From Candidatus Limnocylindrales bacterium (GTDB lineage: Bacteria > Chloroflexota > Limnocylindria > Limnocylindrales > CSP1-4), in NCBI GenBank assembly GCA_036385235.1, contig DASVKT010000325.1, forward strand, positions 1-28,609: a stretch of 28,609 nt of DNA. The letters run 5' to 3'. The stretch's first letter is position 1. The number at the start of each line of letters is the position of its first letter. Positions 25,302 through 28,609 of the stretch are shown here, in pieces. Both the position numbers and the translations under genes were made by a program. Under the pieces are notes generated by a model. That model did no database searches. It saw only the letters and a program-made list of their open reading frames with translations, and was not told the DNA's origin.

Positions 25302-27218
25302 ATGAAAGCGTTCGGCAATCTGGGCAGGCCAAAGCAGCCACCGGAAGGCCAGGACCAACCCGAGCCGGCCGTCGGGATCTTCCAGGACGGCCATGTCATC
25401 GCCGGCCGATACAAGGTCTATGGACTCCTGGGGAGCGGCGGCTTCGGGCACGTATACCTGGTCCAGTCATTGCAGTCCGGCGGCGTCTACGCTCTCAAGA
25501 CGTTCCGGGACAAGTTCCTCCACGACGTCCAGACCCGCGATCGCTTTCGCCAGGAAGCGGCAACCTGGATCGCGCTGGACCGCCACCCGAACATCGTCCG
25601 GGCCAATTCCGTGGACGAACTGGACGGCCGCCTGTACATCGCCCTGGAGTTCATTGCCCCGGACGAGGAGGGCATCAACTCGCTGGCCGGCCATCTGGAG
25701 CGCAAACCGCCGGACCTGCACCAGAGTCTGCGTTGGGCCATCCAATGCTGCCGTGCCATGGAGCACGGCTACTCGATGGGCATCCGGGCCCACCGCGATC
25801 TCAAACCCACCAACATCCTCATCGGCCCCGACGGCATCGCCAAGATCACTGACTTCGGCCTTGCCAGCGCCGTCGACGACACGGGCGCGGCCGAGCCGTG
25901 GGACGAGAGCCGGGCAGCCCGAATCGGCCTCGCCGCCGGCGCCGTGGTGGGAACAATTACCGGCACGCCCAACTACATGGCGCCCGAGCAGTTCCTGCCC
26001 CGGACGGTCTGCAGCGAGCGCACGGACCTCTACGCCTTCGGCGTCGTGTTATTCCGGATGGCGAGCGGCGGCGCCCTGCCGTTTCAGGTCGTGCGGCCGC
26101 GCGACTCGGAGACGTCGTGGGTCAGGTTCGTGCACGACATCCGCTACCTGCACGAACGCGCGCCTATACCGCGAGTGGACTCGCCGCTCGAGCCCATCCT
26201 TCACGGGCTTCTGGAGAAGGACCCAGTCGGCCGATATGCGTCCTTCGCGGAACTGCGCGGCGACCTGGAGGCGCTCCTCTACCGGCAGACCGGCGAAGTC
26301 ATGCCGCCGCCCCAGCTGGGCCGACTCGACGTGGCCGACTGGGTCAACAAGGGCCTCAGCCTGCGAGCCCTCGGCCGAAACGACGAAGCGATCAACTGCT
26401 TCGACAACGCCCTGGATCTGGACCCGGCCTGCGCTACGGCCTGGCTGGACAAGGGCGTGGCCCTCGGCTCAACCGGCCGGCACGAGCAGTCCGTATCTTG
26501 CTACCGGCGCGTTGTGGAGCTGGATCCGCGCGATGTCTTTGCCTGGAACAACCTGGGCCGCAGCCTGCTAGCGCTCGGTCGGACGGACGAGGCCCTGGTA
26601 TCGGCCGAACAGGCCCTTGCCCTGGATCCCGGACACGGACGGGCCTGGAATACCCGGGCGACCATCCTTGCCTCGACTGGCCACGACGAGGAGGCCCTGG
26701 CGTCGTTCGACCGCTCGATCGCCATAGACCCGAACAGCAGCAGCGCCTGGAAGAACCGCGGGACTTGCCTTGCCCACCTCGGCCAGCACAAGGAGGCGAT
26801 CCCCAGCTTCGACCGAGCTATTGGGATCGATCCGCTCAACGGCGACGCCTGGGTCCGGCGCGGCCTCAGCCTGGCCGCGATGAAGCGGCCCAAGGACGCC
26901 GTGCCCTGCTTTGAGCGGGCCCTGGCCATCAACCCCAACAACGGCGAAGCCTGGACACATCGCGGGCTGCAGTTGCTCGCGCTGGGCCAAATAGAACCGG
27001 CGCTCACCTGTCTGGAGCGCGCAACCGGGATCATCCCCAGGGACAGCCTGGCCTGGCAAGGCAAGGGCGAGGCCCTCGCCAAAGTGGGCCTCTACAAGGA
27101 GTCGCTCGCCGCCCTGGACCGATCCTTGCGCCTCACGGATCCCACGAACCGGCCCCGCCTCCAGATCCTGGTCGATCTCATCGACCGCATCCAGCGCGAG
27201 GCCGCGGGGCGGAGGTAG
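25302..27218 (+). CDS. Cytoplasmic Hanks-type Ser/Thr protein kinase with 8 C-terminal TPR repeats
   Basis: LGSGGFGHV, YALK, HRDLKPTN, DFG and GTPNYMAPE. Eight 34-aa AWxxxGxxLxxLG...A...DP repeats. No TM segment. ATG lies 6 nt after TAGACT. Confidence 0.93.
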   Translation: MKAFGNLGRPKQPPEGQDQPEPAVGIFQDGHVIAGRYKVYGLLGSGGFGHVYLVQSLQSGGVYALKTFRDKFLHDVQTRDRFRQEAATWIALDRHPNIVRANSVDELDGRLYIALEFIAPDEEGINSLAGHLERKPPDLHQSLRWAIQCCRAMEHGYSMGIRAHRDLKPTNILIGPDGIAKITDFGLASAVDDTGAAEPWDESRAARIGLAAGAVVGTITGTPNYMAPEQFLPRTVCSERTDLYAFGVVLFRMASGGALPFQVVRPRDSETSWVRFVHDIRYLHERAPIPRVDSPLEPILHGLLEKDPVGRYASFAELRGDLEALLYRQTGEVMPPPQLGRLDVADWVNKGLSLRALGRNDEAINCFDNALDLDPACATAWLDKGVALGSTGRHEQSVSCYRRVVELDPRDVFAWNNLGRSLLALGRTDEALVSAEQALALDPGHGRAWNTRATILASTGHDEEALASFDRSIAIDPNSSSAWKNRGTCLAHLGQHKEAIPSFDRAIGIDPLNGDAWVRRGLSLAAMKRPKDAVPCFERALAINPNNGEAWTHRGLQLLALGQIEPALTCLERATGIIPRDSLAWQGKGEALAKVGLYKESLAALDRSLRLTDPTNRPRLQILVDLIDRIQREAAGRR

Positions 27219-27240
27219 GGCGCTGCGGTCGGGCGGGAGC

Positions 27241-28093
27241 CTAGAAGCCGGGATGAGCCAGCACGATCAGAGCGACTGGAGGTAGGCAAGCGAGGAGGAA
27301 TAGGACGCTGCTCCTGAATTCAGGACGGCGGAGCCGAGCTCGCAGGTCCAGCCCAGGCAGTTCTTCTCGGCCAAGCATTTGGCGCGCCACAAGCAGACCA
27401 TCCAGCGAGTAGCCACCATCTTCGCCGGCCCTACTGGCCTCTGCGACGGCGATGCGGACGAGCAGACGGTGCCTCGCGACCTCGCTGGAGAGACTCCGCC
27501 ATCGCTCGAACCGCCGCCAAGCCGTCAACCCCGGTCGAATCGTGGCCGACCAATTCGGCAAGCCGAGTGTGGCGGACCAGTTCGACAGGATCAGTCGGCG
27601 TTCATTCCTCGAGAGCCGTCTCCGCCTCGTGAAGCTTGCCCTGCTCCTGCAGAGCCCGAACGCGGAAATAGCTGGCCTGATCGCCTATACGATCCCCGAT
27701 GCGCTCCAGCACCGCAGCCAGATCGGCCGGTACCTGCCCGTTACCGTCGAACGCCAGCCGGGATCGGCGCCCGTCATCGGCAAACCATTCCAGCAGCTCG
27801 AACGCGGGTCTATAGACCCGGAGCGCGTGCCAGAAGTACGCAGCGAACGGCAGCGTGAACATGATCGCGAGCATTGCCGCCCAGACCGCCACGAACGCAG
27901 CCATGGAAAGGCCCGGCGACGTCAGGAGCCCGGCAGCATGGGCCGCGTAGAAGGCCAGGATGAGGAATACCGCCAGGATGGCCAGCGCGAGAATTTGGAG
28001 TCGTCTGGAACGACGCGCAACTTGCCGGCCGTCGGCCTTGAAGGTCCGAGCCAGCGGATTCTTGGCGGATGGCTGGGCGCTTTTCGTGGGCAT
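27241..28093 (-). pseudogene. Disrupted paralog of the 24369-25214 membrane protein (nonsense codon plus frameshift)
   Basis: TGA at 27602-27604 sits where the paralog has Trp (LEE*TPTD vs LDAWTPKD). Similarity continues in frame (RHTRLAELVGHDSTGVDGLAAVR vs RHARWAEMLAFDETHVDGLGGVR), then shifts near 27487-27490 into the frame of ORF 27241-27561. Confidence 0.8.
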
Positions 28094-28200
28094 ATGTCCC
28101 TCAAGTACTGCTTCGCCAAGGCCGGAAATGTAGACGAGCCCGCGAGCACTTTGCGTTCCGGCCGAAGTTGCGGCGCGCGGCCCGCGCGGGCGGCATCTGG

Positions 28201-28396
28201 TTTCTCCGAGATACCCGCCGGGCCGGTACTAAGTGGCGCGTTCTGGCGTCGAGACGCATGCGAGGGCGCCGCCCCCGGGTCAAGCGACGACTGCCGCAAC
28301 TAGCTCACGCTCAACAAGGGCCCGAGACTAGACCGGCGGGACCAGTGGACGTCCTCTGCGGAACTTAGTACCGCCCACACGGGTATTCCGGAGAAA
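28201..28396. mobile_element. 196-bp element with 34-bp imperfect terminal inverted repeats (REPIN/MITE-like)
   Basis: 28201-28234 tttctccgagatacccgccgggccggtactaagt matches the reverse complement of 28363-28396 at 28/34. Same family as 5673-5866. Confidence 0.65.
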
Positions 28397-28437
28397 GTCC
28401 GTGCCGGGCAGACTCATCCCGTTCGTTCGCCAGGCGC

Positions 28438-28492
28438 ATGGCCGGCAGATGGCCGGCAGATGGCCGGCGCATGGCCGGCAGATGGCCGGCGA
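28438..28492. repeat. 11-bp tandem repeat (atggccggcag) x5
   Basis: Five near-identical consecutive units. Confidence 0.85.
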
Positions 28493-28505
28493 ACGGTGGG
28501 GACCG

Positions 28506-28609
28506 GCCCCGCGCCGCCACGCGGCCCCTCGCCCCGCGCCGCCACGCGGCCCCGCGCCGCCACTCGGCCCCTCGCCCCGCGCCGCCACTCCCCGCGGCCC
28601 CGCGCCGCC
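28506..28609. repeat. C-rich degenerate tandem repeat (gccccgcgccgccac core), running off the window end
   Basis: The core motif recurs about five times with variable spacers. Confidence 0.75.

Noticed and set aside
27602-27604. UGA recoding (Trp or selenocysteine) in the kinase-flanking gene
   Set aside because: Other genes here terminate at TGA, the aligned residue is Trp rather than Cys, and a separate downstream frameshift shows the gene is broken anyway.

Overview
High-GC bacterial chromosomal window with no rRNA, tRNA, CRISPR array, integrase or transposase gene that I can see. The gene repertoire and the many leaderless-type starts suggest a Chloroflexota- or Actinomycetota-like host (inference). 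About 21 intact CDSs are supported: a GH57 (DUF3536-type) plus GH13 glucan-metabolism pair, a dTMP kinase, a GT-C-like membrane protein, DUF885, a 7-blade Kelch lipoprotein, a YvlD-like holin-family membrane protein, a bifunctional homocysteine methyltransferase/MTHFR, an NTF2-like protein, a Cys/His-rich LysM membrane protein, a ferric-reductase-like protein plus FMN-binding protein, sodN-sodX, an F420-type LLM oxidoreductase, a GNAT-Rieske fusion, a LOG-family protein, a Cys-less ArsC/Spx-like protein, an uncharacterised membrane protein and a cytoplasmic Ser/Thr kinase-TPR protein. Three observations are not explained by ordinary annotation. (1) The kinase-TPR gene lies between two paralogous, uncharacterised membrane-protein genes; the right-hand copy is broken by a TGA and a frameshift. 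(2) Five intergenic 190-220 bp elements are bounded by 23-34 bp imperfect inverted repeats (REPIN/MITE-like); two belong to the same sequence family and most abut GC-rich tandem repeats. (3) A candidate ~100-nt sRNA has its own promoter-like motif and a terminator with a six-C loop. All calls come from reading motifs by eye; no database searches were run.
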